NCBI GenBank assembly: GCA_964291675.2
Contig: OZ219865.1
Location: 800,001-864,000 of the forward strand
Length of the DNA stretch: 64,000 nucleotides
Direction of reading: 5' to 3'
From: Alphaproteobacteria bacterium
Lineage (GTDB): Bacteria > Pseudomonadota > Alphaproteobacteria > MPNO01
This document shows positions 10,497-19,489 of the stretch, in pieces; within the stretch, counting starts at the first letter, position 1, and each line of letters begins with the position of its first letter. Position numbers and translations under genes: made by a program. Below the pieces are notes generated by a model. That model searched no databases. It was not told the DNA's origin and saw only the letters and a list, made by a program, of their open reading frames with translations.

Positions 10497-10506
10497 GGCG
10501 GCGCCC

Positions 10507-13251
10507 TCAGCCGGCATCGCGGCTGAGCCTGACCCGGGCGAGGTCGGCGCCGCTCCCGGTCGCGTCGGTCAGGCTGAGCGAGAGCGCGGTCAGCGAATTC
10601 AGGCTGGCGAGCCCGAGATCCTTGGCGTAAGGCGTCGCCCAGTGGTCGAACTGGCCGATCATCAGCACGGTGTCCGGGCGGATGCCCTCGCGCAGCACGG
10701 CGCGGCCGCGAGTGACGCCGGTGGGCGATTCGATCGCCACGGGGTCGCCGTCCGCGATACCGAGCTTGCGAGCCGTGGCGCGGTTGACGATCACCCCCTT
10801 GTGGCCGGAGATGTTGCTGGCGACCTCGTTGATCAGCGGGATACCCACGTTGGCGCCCCAGGAATACTGCATCGAGCGCGCCGTCAGCGCCCAGAGCGGA
10901 AACGCCTCCGGGTCTTCCCCGACCTCTTTCGCGTGGTTCGCCCAGATATCGGGGAAGGGTTTGTAGCCCGGCAGCGGCTCGTATTCCTCGAGCTGGCGGT
11001 CCCACCAGTTGACGCCGATCTCGTGCAGCCGCTCGGCGAGCTCGGCGCCGTGGCGCATCAACCGCTCCTGGTAGGGCAGCTCGAAGCGCAGCCCCTGCTC
11101 CTTGAGCGTCGGGTACAGGTACCAGTCGAGCTGCGGGAAGGGGCGCAGCATGAAGCCGTTCTCGCGGAACCACTCGATGCCGTGCACTTCGGCGCCGCCG
11201 GAAAGATCGTGGCTCGCCGCCTTCGCCACCGCGTCCCAGATTTCTTCGACCGGGTGCGGTTCGCTCGGCTCCAGCGCGTAGTCGTAGCCCGCCTTCTGGT
11301 CGGCGAGCCTGGCGCCGGCGGCCCCCCGGTTGATCGCCGCGTTGTAGCCTTCGAGGATGCCGACCCGCCGGGCGAGCTCGGTGGCGATCCAGGTGATGTC
11401 CCGGCAGTCGACCACCGGGTCGGCGACCGGCTGGCGCACCGCCCAGCCCTGGTGCTTCCAGAACTGCTCGGTGAACTTGGTCGAGCCGATCTGGATCAGC
11501 TGCAGGCTCTCGAGATCGGTCGCCTCGGGCAACAGGATGTCGGCCATGTGGTTGGTCTCGTCCCGCGTGTAGGCGAAGGAGACGGTGAAGGGGAATTCGG
11601 CGATCCGCTCGGCGACCTCGGGCGCGTTCCAGGACGAGATCGCCGGGTTGGTGCGGTAGTTGATCCACATCTCGGGCTTGGCCTGCTCGGGCCAGGACTC
11701 GGGCAGCTTCTTCTGGAACAGCCAGGGCAGGTGTGCCGGGCCGAGCGCCGGCGACCAGGCCGAGTCGGCGGCGAGCGGCACCAGCGTCCGGTAGGCGTTG
11801 CGGATATGCGGCTTGGCGGACCAGTCCTCGCGCGTCGTCGGGTTGAACGGGTAGTCCATGATCCCGTCGCCCTGCGACCGCACCGTGAGGTGGCGGTTAT
11901 AGGCCGGCCGGTTGAGTTTGACCGCGGTCCCGAGCGTGCCGCCCGGCACTTCGAGCGCGCCCACCAGCGCCGCCAGCAGGGTGCGCGCCCAGCAGGTCTG
12001 GTAGCCGCCCCAGCCGTTGTTCACCCCCTTGCCCAGCATCACCGCGACCGGGCGGAAGGGGAGCGTCCGGCCCTCGATCTCGATGGTCTCGCCGACCAGG
12101 GCGTGCGCCAGGTACTCGTCGGCGACCAGGCGGATGCGCTCGGCCGGCACGTCGCACTCGGCTTCCGCCCATTCCGGGGTGAAGCCGCGCACATGGTCGA
12201 GCAGAAGCTGGAAGGCGGGCCTCGCCTCGGCGTCGTCATGCGTCCAGACGGTGCCGTCCGGGCCCCGCTCGATGCCCGACGCGCGATACGCGCCCTCCAG
12301 CGCGGGCTCGGCGATGTCGCCGTCGAAGGGTTTGTCGCGGCCGTCGGCGAGATCCCGGATCAGCGGCTTCCCGGTCCCGGGGTCGCGCAGATAGTACCCG
12401 TTGGGGCCGACGAGATAGGGCGACGTCGTGTCGTTCGAGATGAAGTCGAAATCGCACAGCTCGCGCCAGTCGCGCTCGATCAGGATGCGGTGGATCAGGG
12501 CGAACAGGAAGGCCGCGTCGGTCTTCGGCTTGATCGGCAGCCATTCCGCCGACAGCGCGCCGGTGATCGAGAGATGCGGCTCGACCTGGACCCGCTTGAG
12601 GCCGCGCACCCTCGCATCGGCCTGGCGCCACACCCCGGCCACCCCGCCGGAGGCCTCGACATTGTTGCCGCAGTTGATGACGTAGTTGGTATAGGGCGTG
12701 TCGGGCGAGACGATGAAGGCGCGGTGCCAGAGCTCGCCATAGAGATGCTCCGAGTGGTAGCACTTCACCCCCTGCCCGCCGCCGAAACCCTGGTCGATCG
12801 GCCCCCAGGCCGACATGAAGGCGGGAAACGTCCCCATGTACTGGGTCGGCGTGCCGCCGCCGCCGAAGCTCGTGGCGAGCCGGGGCAGCCCCTGCTCGTC
12901 GACCACGCCGCGGTCGCGGATCCCGCGCATCCTGGCGGCGACGATGTCGAGCGCCTCGTCCCAGGATATCGGCACGAAGCCCGGGTCCTCGCCCCGCCCC
13001 TTCTTCGGGTTGGTGCGCTTCATCGGCTGGGCGACGCGGTTCGGGTTGTAGGTCTTCTGGATCAGCCCGTAGGCCTTGACGCAGACCCGCCCGCCGCCGG
13101 GGTGGCGGTCGGCGATGTCGTAGTTCGACTCGATCCGCGTGGCGATGCCGTCCTCGACCTCGACCTTGAGCAGATCCGGCCCTGCCACGCATTGATAGCA
13201 ATAGACCGGGACCTTCTTCCGGTCCGCGATCTTCGGCGCCTTGCTCGCCAT
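10507..13251 (-). CDS. padB: DMSO-reductase-family molybdoenzyme, phenylacetyl-CoA:acceptor oxidoreductase PadB-like
   Basis: YCYQCVAGPDLL..HPGGGRVCVKAYGLIQKTYNPNR..MKRTNPKKGRGEDPGFVPISWDEALD matches PadB-type N-termini as I recall them; no Tat signal. Confidence 0.75.
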   Translation of the reverse strand: MASKAPKIADRKKVPVYCYQCVAGPDLLKVEVEDGIATRIESNYDIADRHPGGGRVCVKAYGLIQKTYNPNRVAQPMKRTNPKKGRGEDPGFVPISWDEALDIVAARMRGIRDRGVVDEQGLPRLATSFGGGGTPTQYMGTFPAFMSAWGPIDQGFGGGQGVKCYHSEHLYGELWHRAFIVSPDTPYTNYVINCGNNVEASGGVAGVWRQADARVRGLKRVQVEPHLSITGALSAEWLPIKPKTDAAFLFALIHRILIERDWRELCDFDFISNDTTSPYLVGPNGYYLRDPGTGKPLIRDLADGRDKPFDGDIAEPALEGAYRASGIERGPDGTVWTHDDAEARPAFQLLLDHVRGFTPEWAEAECDVPAERIRLVADEYLAHALVGETIEIEGRTLPFRPVAVMLGKGVNNGWGGYQTCWARTLLAALVGALEVPGGTLGTAVKLNRPAYNRHLTVRSQGDGIMDYPFNPTTREDWSAKPHIRNAYRTLVPLAADSAWSPALGPAHLPWLFQKKLPESWPEQAKPEMWINYRTNPAISSWNAPEVAERIAEFPFTVSFAYTRDETNHMADILLPEATDLESLQLIQIGSTKFTEQFWKHQGWAVRQPVADPVVDCRDITWIATELARRVGILEGYNAAINRGAAGARLADQKAGYDYALEPSEPHPVEEIWDAVAKAASHDLSGGAEVHGIEWFRENGFMLRPFPQLDWYLYPTLKEQGLRFELPYQERLMRHGAELAERLHEIGVNWWDRQLEEYEPLPGYKPFPDIWANHAKEVGEDPEAFPLWALTARSMQYSWGANVGIPLINEVASNISGHKGVIVNRATARKLGIADGDPVAIESPTGVTRGRAVLREGIRPDTVLMIGQFDHWATPYAKDLGLASLNSLTALSLSLTDATGSGADLARVRLSRDAG

Positions 13252-13279
13252 CTCGTACTCCGTTGCGGGTTCCCGCGCC

Positions 13280-14095
13280 TCAGAGGAAGGTGAGCCCGCC
13301 GTCCGGCTGCAGGTTCTGGCCGGAGATGTAGCTCGCCTCCTCCGAGCACAGGAACAGCATCGCCTTGGCGAGGTCGTGGATCGTCCCCTGGCGCTTGATC
13401 GACTGGCGCTCGGTGTATTCCTTGAACCGCTCGCGCGGCACCGACGGGCGCTCGACCTCGGTCTGCATGACGCCGGGCCAGAAGGTGTTGACGGTGATGT
13501 TCCACGGCCCCAGCTCGCGCGCCATCGAGCGGGTCATGCCGACCACCGCCGACTTGGTGGTGATGTAGTGCAGGTAGTTGGGCAGCCCCATCACGAAGGT
13601 CGCGGACGACACGTTGACGATGCGCCCCCACTTCGCCTCCTGCATCGCCGGCACCACGGCGCGGGCGCAGAAGAACGAGCCGGTGACGTTGACGTCGACC
13701 GCGCTCTTCCACTCGTCGACCGGCAGCTCCCAGAACGGCGCCATGGTGATCCGCGAGAACACGGCTGCGTTGTTGATCAGGCAGTCGATGCGGCCGTACT
13801 CGGCCAGCGTCTTCTCGGCCATCTCGGTGGCCGAATCGAGATCGGCGACGTCGGTCTGGATGGCGAGCGCCCTGCCCTGCTTGGCGCGCACCTCGTCGGC
13901 CACCCGCTCGCCGGCCTCGCCGTTGAGCTCGGCGATGACCGGGATCGCGCCCTGGGCGGCGAAGTAATGCGCGTAGCCCCGGCCGATGCCCTGGCCGCCG
14001 CCGGTGACGATCACCACGCGGTCCTTGAGGCTGTCATAGGTCGCGCTCTTGTCGACCTCGATTTCGTCGTAGCTGACATGCCCGATCTCGGTCAT
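13280..14095 (-). CDS. SDR family oxidoreductase
   Basis: TGGGQGIG, NNAA, YITTK catalytic motif, DGG C-terminus. Confidence 0.92.
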   Translation of the reverse strand: MTEIGHVSYDEIEVDKSATYDSLKDRVVIVTGGGQGIGRGYAHYFAAQGAIPVIAELNGEAGERVADEVRAKQGRALAIQTDVADLDSATEMAEKTLAEYGRIDCLINNAAVFSRITMAPFWELPVDEWKSAVDVNVTGSFFCARAVVPAMQEAKWGRIVNVSSATFVMGLPNYLHYITTKSAVVGMTRSMARELGPWNITVNTFWPGVMQTEVERPSVPRERFKEYTERQSIKRQGTIHDLAKAMLFLCSEEASYISGQNLQPDGGLTFL

Positions 14096-14270
14096 CCGTC
14101 CCTCTCCTTGTGGCGCAGGCGACTATCGCGCAATGCGCCGCCTCGCGCCATGCCGTTTGCGCCGTCCTTCGATAGGGGCTTATCCAGATTACTTGACGAG
14201 CTGTCGGATGGCGCGGATCGACGAGGGGACCGCCGCCGGTCGTGGTCGACGCCCTACCTGCCCTCATGTC

Positions 14271-14517
14271 GTCATGCCCGGACTTGATCCGGGCATCCAT
14301 GGGCGGTGCATGGCGAGCCGGGTGCGGACCGCCCCATCGGCATCCTTCCAGCCGGACCGCCGTGCGCGCGGATGCCGCATGGATGGCCGGATCAAGTCCG
14401 GCCATGACGGGGTGGTGGCGGTGGAGGAGCAAGCAGAGCCGGGTGCGGCCCGCGTCGAAAATCCAGACCGGACAGCAGTGGATCACCCCCGGACTTGATC
14501 CGGGGGCCGGCCATGAC
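14271..14517. repeat. REP-like palindrome cluster, family A
   Basis: GTCATGCCCGGACTTGATCCGGGCATCCAT (14271-14300), inverted copy 14379-14408, nested variant 14479-14517. Confidence 0.9.
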
Positions 14518-14562
14518 GTGGAGGGAGCGGTGGAAGGGGATGGGATTCTTGGATACGGCGCG

Positions 14563-15795
14563 CTAGCCGACAACGCCGGCGGCGCGCAGCTCCGCGATCT
14601 CGGCGTCGTCGCAGCCCAAGAGCTCGCTCAGCACCTCCTCGCTGTGCTCGCCGAGCAGCGGCGGCGGCAGGCGGATCCCGGCGGGCGTGGCCGACAGCCG
14701 GAGCGGGCTCGCGATCAGCCTGGCCGGCGCGCCGCCGGATGCCTTGTGCTCCACCTCGGCCACCATGCCGCGCGCCTGAACGTGCGGATCGTCGAACACC
14801 TGGTCGAGCCGGTTGATCGGCCCGCAGCCGATCCCCGCCTCCTCCAGCGCGGCCAGCCAGTCGGCGCTCGCCCTGGCGGCGAAGACCGGGCGCAGCTCGG
14901 CGATGCACGCCTCGCGGTTGCGCACCCTGGCGTCGTTGGTGGCGAAGCGCGCGTCGCCGGCGAGGTCCTCCCTGTCCACCATGCCGCAGAACCGGCGGAA
15001 CTGCCCGTCATTGCCGATCGCCACCACGATATAGCCATCGGCGGTGGCGAAGACCTGGTAGGGCACGATATTGGGATGCGCGTTGCCCAGCCGGCCGAGA
15101 TCGCCCGAATAGAGGTAGTTCATGCCGGCATTGACCAGCCAGGCGACCTGGGTGTCCAGCATGCCGATGTCGATGTACTGGCCCTCGCCGGTCAGCGCGG
15201 CGTGGCGCAGCGCGGCGTTCACGGCAACGGCGGCGAACATGCCCGACATGATGTCGGCGATCGGCACGCCCACCTTCTGCGGCTCGCCGTCGGGCTCGCC
15301 GGTGATCGACATGATTCCGCCCATCGCCTGGACCAGGAAATCGTAGCCCGGCCGCTCGGCATAGGGGCCGGTCTGCCCGAACCCGGTGATCGAGCAATAG
15401 ACCAGGCGCGGGTTGGCGTCCCGCAGGTCCTCGTAGCCGAGCCCGTAGCGCGCGAGATTGCCGGTCTTGAAGTTCTCGACCAGCGCGTCCGCCCCGGCGG
15501 CCAGCCGGCGCAGGATGGCCTGACCCTCGGGCTTCGAGACGTCGAGCGCCAGCGAGCGCTTGTTGCGGTTGGCGCTCATGAAATAGGCGCTCTCCGCGGT
15601 GTCGTGGCCGTCCGCGTCCTTCAGGAAGGGCGGCGCGAATTTGCGCGTGTCGTCGCCCGAGCCCGGGCGTTCGATCTTGATCACGTCCGCGCCCAGATCG
15701 CCGAGGATCTGCGTGCAATAGGGCCCGGCGAGCACGCGGGTGAGGTCGACCACCCGCACCCCGGCCAGCGGGCCTCCGTTCCGGCTCATCGGCAC
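14563..15795 (-). CDS. CaiB/BaiF family III CoA transferase
   Basis: [43 protein letters not shown]. Confidence 0.93.
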   Translation of the reverse strand: MPMSRNGGPLAGVRVVDLTRVLAGPYCTQILGDLGADVIKIERPGSGDDTRKFAPPFLKDADGHDTAESAYFMSANRNKRSLALDVSKPEGQAILRRLAAGADALVENFKTGNLARYGLGYEDLRDANPRLVYCSITGFGQTGPYAERPGYDFLVQAMGGIMSITGEPDGEPQKVGVPIADIMSGMFAAVAVNAALRHAALTGEGQYIDIGMLDTQVAWLVNAGMNYLYSGDLGRLGNAHPNIVPYQVFATADGYIVVAIGNDGQFRRFCGMVDREDLAGDARFATNDARVRNREACIAELRPVFAARASADWLAALEEAGIGCGPINRLDQVFDDPHVQARGMVAEVEHKASGGAPARLIASPLRLSATPAGIRLPPPLLGEHSEEVLSELLGCDDAEIAELRAAGVVG

Positions 15796-15849
15796 CTCCC
15801 GAAGCTGGCGTCTATCTAGAGCATATGGGGTGCGGGCGGAACCGTCGGC

Positions 15850-16150
15850 CGTCCTTCGATACGCGCCCTGCGGGCGCTACTCAGGATGAGGGTGGGGGTG
15901 TGCACGGCCAACAACCCTCCTCATCCTGAGTAGGCGCGAAGCGCCGTATCGAAGGACGCCCCCTGCGGGCGCTGCTCAGGATGAGGGTGGGGGTGTGCAC
16001 GGCCAACAACCCTCCTCATCCTGAGTAGGCGCGAAGCGCCGTATCGAAGGACGCCCCCCTGCGGGCGCTACTCAGGATGAGGGTTGGCGGTGGGCAGCCC
16101 AAGACCTTCCCCTCATCCTGAGTAGCGGCGAAGCCGCGTATCGAGGGACG
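15850..16150. repeat. Tandem BIME-like array of family B palindromes (three ~95-bp units)
   Basis: Repeated CTACTCAGGATGAGG / CCTCATCCTGAGTAG..GTATCGAAGGACG units; first two spacers identical. Confidence 0.9.
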
Positions 16151-16152
16151 GC

Positions 16153-17061
16153 TCAATCGCTGTCGAAATCGCTGGCGAAGGTGGCGGCGAGGCGGTCGGC
16201 GAAGCGGGCGGCGGCGACCGGGAGGACGCGGCCGCGCAGCTGGCCCATGAACAGCAGGCTGGGCGGGATGTCGCGCGGGTCGACCGGCGGGCTCGCGAGG
16301 TCGGGCCGCGCGGCCGCCCCGGGGATGCCGACCGGGATCTGGAACGAGACCATGTCACCCGAGGCGGCGTAGCCGAGCAGGAACTCGTAGCTGTCCGACT
16401 CGACCGCCGGCACGAGCTGGGCGCCGGTCGTCGAGGCGACGCTCTCCAGCAGGAAGCGCAGCCCGTCGGGCGCGGCCGGCAGGGCGAGCGGGTAGCTGAG
16501 GCATTCGCCGAGCCGGACGGTCTCGCGCTCTGCCAGCGGATGGTCCCGCGCCATCACGCAATGGACCGGCTGGCGGATCGTGGTGACGGTATGGAAGTCG
16601 GCGAGGCGCGGCGGCTCGAAGATCAGCGCGATGTCGGCGGCGTATTCGGCCAGCGCCCGTTCCGCCGATTCGCGGTCGCGCACCAGGGCGTTGAAGGTGA
16701 CCGCCGGATGCTCGGCGCGGTAGGCCTCGATCTCGCGCGGCAGGAAATGCGGCATCAGGGCCTGGGCACAGGCGATCGCGACATGGCCCCGCCGCACCCC
16801 GGAGATGTCGGCGATCTGCGAGCGCACCCGCGCCATGTCGGACATCTGGTTGCGGATGTGGTGCAGCAGGATCTCGCCGGCGGTGTTGAGCCGGACGCCG
16901 CGCGGCAGGCGTTCGAAGATCGGCACGCCGAGCTCGTCCTCCAGCGAGAGGATGCGGCGGTTGAGCGCCGAGGCGGTGATCGACAGCACGTCCGCGGCGC
17001 GGCGGATCGAGCCCGCCCTGGCGACTTCCTCGACATAGCGGAGCGGTGTCAGGTGTCGCAT
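16153..17061 (-). CDS. LysR family transcriptional regulator
   Basis: GSIRRAADVLSITASALNRRILSLEDELGVPIFER..LNTAGE HTH; start trimmed to MRHLTPLRY. Confidence 0.93.
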   Translation of the reverse strand: MRHLTPLRYVEEVARAGSIRRAADVLSITASALNRRILSLEDELGVPIFERLPRGVRLNTAGEILLHHIRNQMSDMARVRSQIADISGVRRGHVAIACAQALMPHFLPREIEAYRAEHPAVTFNALVRDRESAERALAEYAADIALIFEPPRLADFHTVTTIRQPVHCVMARDHPLAERETVRLGECLSYPLALPAAPDGLRFLLESVASTTGAQLVPAVESDSYEFLLGYAASGDMVSFQIPVGIPGAAARPDLASPPVDPRDIPPSLLFMGQLRGRVLPVAAARFADRLAATFASDFDSD

Positions 17062-17172
17062 CGTCGCATCCCCGAACGTTCGAATTATTGCACCGGTCTG
17101 TTGAGAAACTAGCAGCGGATCGCGACAGTTGGCAAAGCTAGATTGCGCTGGCGTCGGCCTGCGCATCGACGA

Positions 17173-17325
17173 GGAAGCGGAGAGTTTGGGGCTCGACCGG
17201 GTCGAGCTCGGCATCGCGGCCCAAGCCGAGCCCGGACAGGGCTCGCAAACGATCCGAGAGATCCCGCGGGCACTCGGCCGTCCGGCCCCGCTGCCAGTCG
17301 TGCGGTGGCCGGGCGGCCTTTTTTT
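17173..17325 (+). ncRNA. Candidate structured small RNA divergent from LysR
   Basis: Several stacked helices, no credible ORF, ends in an intrinsic terminator; family not recognised. Confidence 0.4.
17276..17325 (+). terminator. Rho-independent terminator
   Basis: GGCCGTCCGGCC-CCGC..GCGG-T-GGCCGGGCGGCC followed by T7. Confidence 0.8.
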
Positions 17326-17336
17326 CGCGGGATCGC

Positions 17337-17428
17337 CGTCCCTCGATACGGCGCTTCGCGCCTACTCGGGATGGGATTTCTTCATTTTCCTCATCCTGAG
17401 TAGCGGCGAAGCCGCGTATCGAAGGACG
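17337..17428. repeat. Family B palindrome pair
   Basis: CGTCCCTCGATACG..CTACTCGGGATG / CCTCATCCTGAGTAG..GTATCGAAGGACG. Confidence 0.88.
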
Positions 17429-17429
17429 C

Positions 17430-18308
17430 CTACGCCGCGGCGTCGAGGAAGCCGGCCGCGATGTCCTGGAACACGCCACAGCCGTAGGCGTAGCAGGCGG
17501 TGCCGACCTGGACCCCGGCGGCGCCGGCGGCGAGGTAGTCGGTCACGTCCGCGCCGGCGAACACGCCGCCCACCCCGACCACCGAGACGCAAGACGGGAG
17601 CAGGGAGCGAAGCTGCACCACATGGCCGAGCGCCACCGGCTTCAGGGGACGCCCGCCCAGCCCGGCGAGCCCGTTGCCGCCCATCGCCTGTCGCCCGCCC
17701 TCCCAGGCGAAGGCATTGGGAAGCGTGTTGACCGCGACCACCTCGCCGATCCGCCCGTTCGCGGCGACGATCCCGGCGAGGCGCTTGAGCAGCAGCGGGT
17801 CGGACGGCGCGAGCTTGACCGAGAGCGCGATACGCGCTGGCGCGAGCTCTCCGGCGATCCGGCAGATCGTCTCCGTCAGCTCGGGATCGAGCGCGAAGAC
17901 CGGCTTCTGGTCGGCCCCGTCCCAGACATTGGGGCAGCTCAGATTGATCTCGATGCAGTCGATGTCGAACTCGGCGAGTCCGGCGACGAGCGCGCGGTAG
18001 TCGTCGACCGAGAACCCGGCGACGCTGACCCGGAGCCGCTTGCCGGAGGCGTGCACGCGCTCGGCGATCCCCTTCATCTGCGCGCGGTACCAGGCGAGCC
18101 CCGCGTTGGGCAGGCCCAGCGCGTTGAGCGAGGCGCCGCTCGCATCGTCGATCCAGAACGTGGTGCCGGAATTGCCTTCGCGCCGCAGCGCCGTGACGGA
18201 GCCGAGATTGACCTCGGTGACGGGCGCGGCGCGGAACCGCTCGACATCGTCGAGCGTCTTGCACATCCCGGCCGCGTTCATGAATGTCAGCTCGTCCACG
18301 GCGGACAC
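17430..18308 (-). CDS. pyrD: Dihydroorotate dehydrogenase, family 1 (soluble) type
   Basis: FMNAAG, REGN, LNALGLPN, EINLSCPN (catalytic Cys), VKLAP, VNT, GLGG, GVGGV, VQVGT. Confidence 0.85.
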   Translation of the reverse strand: MSAVDELTFMNAAGMCKTLDDVERFRAAPVTEVNLGSVTALRREGNSGTTFWIDDASGASLNALGLPNAGLAWYRAQMKGIAERVHASGKRLRVSVAGFSVDDYRALVAGLAEFDIDCIEINLSCPNVWDGADQKPVFALDPELTETICRIAGELAPARIALSVKLAPSDPLLLKRLAGIVAANGRIGEVVAVNTLPNAFAWEGGRQAMGGNGLAGLGGRPLKPVALGHVVQLRSLLPSCVSVVGVGGVFAGADVTDYLAAGAAGVQVGTACYAYGCGVFQDIAAGFLDAAA

Positions 18309-19316
18309 TCAGGCATAGGCGCGCTCCCGGCTGCGCAGCCCCGGGGCGACGATGGGCTCGAGCACGCCGAACACCCAGAGCAGGATCGCCATGCGGACGA
18401 ACAGCCCGTTGCGCGCCTGCTCGAAGTAGCGCGCCTGGGGCAGCCGGTCGATCGCCTCGGGAAGCTCCCGGTTGCGCGGCAGCGGGTGCAGCACGACGGC
18501 ATCGCCGCGGAGCGAGGCGGCCAGCCGTTCGGTGAGCGCGTAGGCTTCGCCGCCGCAAGCGACCTCGTGGCGTTCGCTCTGGGTGCGGGTCATGTAGATC
18601 ACGTCGGAGGCGGCGACCAGCGCCGGCGTCAGCGCGTCGTGCATCGCCACCGGCAGCCCGCAATCGCGCACCAGCCCTTCGATCGGGCGGGGGATCTGCA
18701 TCGCGTCGGGGGCGACGAAGTCGACCGCGCCGGCAAACCCCGCCGGGCTGCCCTCCAGCATCGCCGCCAGATAGGCCAGCGAATGCACCGTCCGCCCCTT
18801 GAGCAGGTCGCCGACGAAGGTGACGCGGAGGTCGCGCCGTCCGGGGAACCGTTCGGCGATGGTGAACAGGTCGAGCAGCGCCTGGGTCGGGTGCTCACCG
18901 TCGCCGTCGCCGGCGTTGATCACCGGCACGTCGCTCACCGCCGCGGCGCGCGCCGCCGCCCCCTTCTCCTTGTGGCGCAGCACGATCACGTCGCCGTAGC
19001 CGCTCTCGATGCGGATCGTGTCTTCCAGCGACTCGCCCTTGATCGCCGACGAGAACTCGGCCGCGTTTTCCGTAGTGATCACCTTGCCGCCGAGCCGCGC
19101 CATCGCCGCCTCGAAGGAATGCCGCGTGCGGGTCGAGGCCTCGTAGAACAGCGAGACCATCACATGGTCGCGCAACGCGTTCCAGTGCGGCGACCAGCGT
19201 ACCCTCGCGCCCCGGCCGCGGCCGGCATGCTGGCGTTTGGAAGCGGCGGCGGATTGGAATACGGATTCGAGAAAGCCCGGGGTGAAGTCGCGTACGGTGA
19301 CGACGTGGCGCAGCAT
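18309..19316 (-). CDS. pyrB: Aspartate carbamoyltransferase catalytic subunit
   Basis: FYEASTRTRHSF, KGESLEDT, INAGDG..HPTQALLD, GDL..GRTVHS, HPLPR, YFEQARNG. Confidence 0.92.
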   Translation of the reverse strand: MLRHVVTVRDFTPGFLESVFQSAAASKRQHAGRGRGARVRWSPHWNALRDHVMVSLFYEASTRTRHSFEAAMARLGGKVITTENAAEFSSAIKGESLEDTIRIESGYGDVIVLRHKEKGAAARAAAVSDVPVINAGDGDGEHPTQALLDLFTIAERFPGRRDLRVTFVGDLLKGRTVHSLAYLAAMLEGSPAGFAGAVDFVAPDAMQIPRPIEGLVRDCGLPVAMHDALTPALVAASDVIYMTRTQSERHEVACGGEAYALTERLAASLRGDAVVLHPLPRNRELPEAIDRLPQARYFEQARNGLFVRMAILLWVFGVLEPIVAPGLRSRERAYA

Positions 19317-19489
19317 CTCGATCCGGTGCGATCCGTCGGTTTGCGCCCTAGAATGTAGGATCGGCTGGCCGAATCGCCAAGATTTAGTGGGGAGTATACC
19401 GGCTGCCACAACATGCCGAGTCGACGAAGGAGGCAAACCGGGCGCGCGTTTCTGCTAACCTCTCCGCAGCTTCGCCTTGGAGGAAACCC

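Noticed and set aside
15850-16150. CRISPR array
   Set aside because: Units are inverted palindrome pairs, two spacers are identical, the same unit is dispersed elsewhere, and there are no cas genes
17129-17147. Sigma54 promoter TGGCA..TTGC
   Set aside because: GG-to-GC spacing is 12 nt, not the required 10
17173-17325. tmRNA, tRNA-Sec, SRP, RNase P or a known riboswitch
   Set aside because: Lacks T-loop GTTC, SRP GGAAGGAAGCAG, RNase P GAGGAAAGTCC and recognisable aptamer cores; kept only as an unknown sRNA candidate
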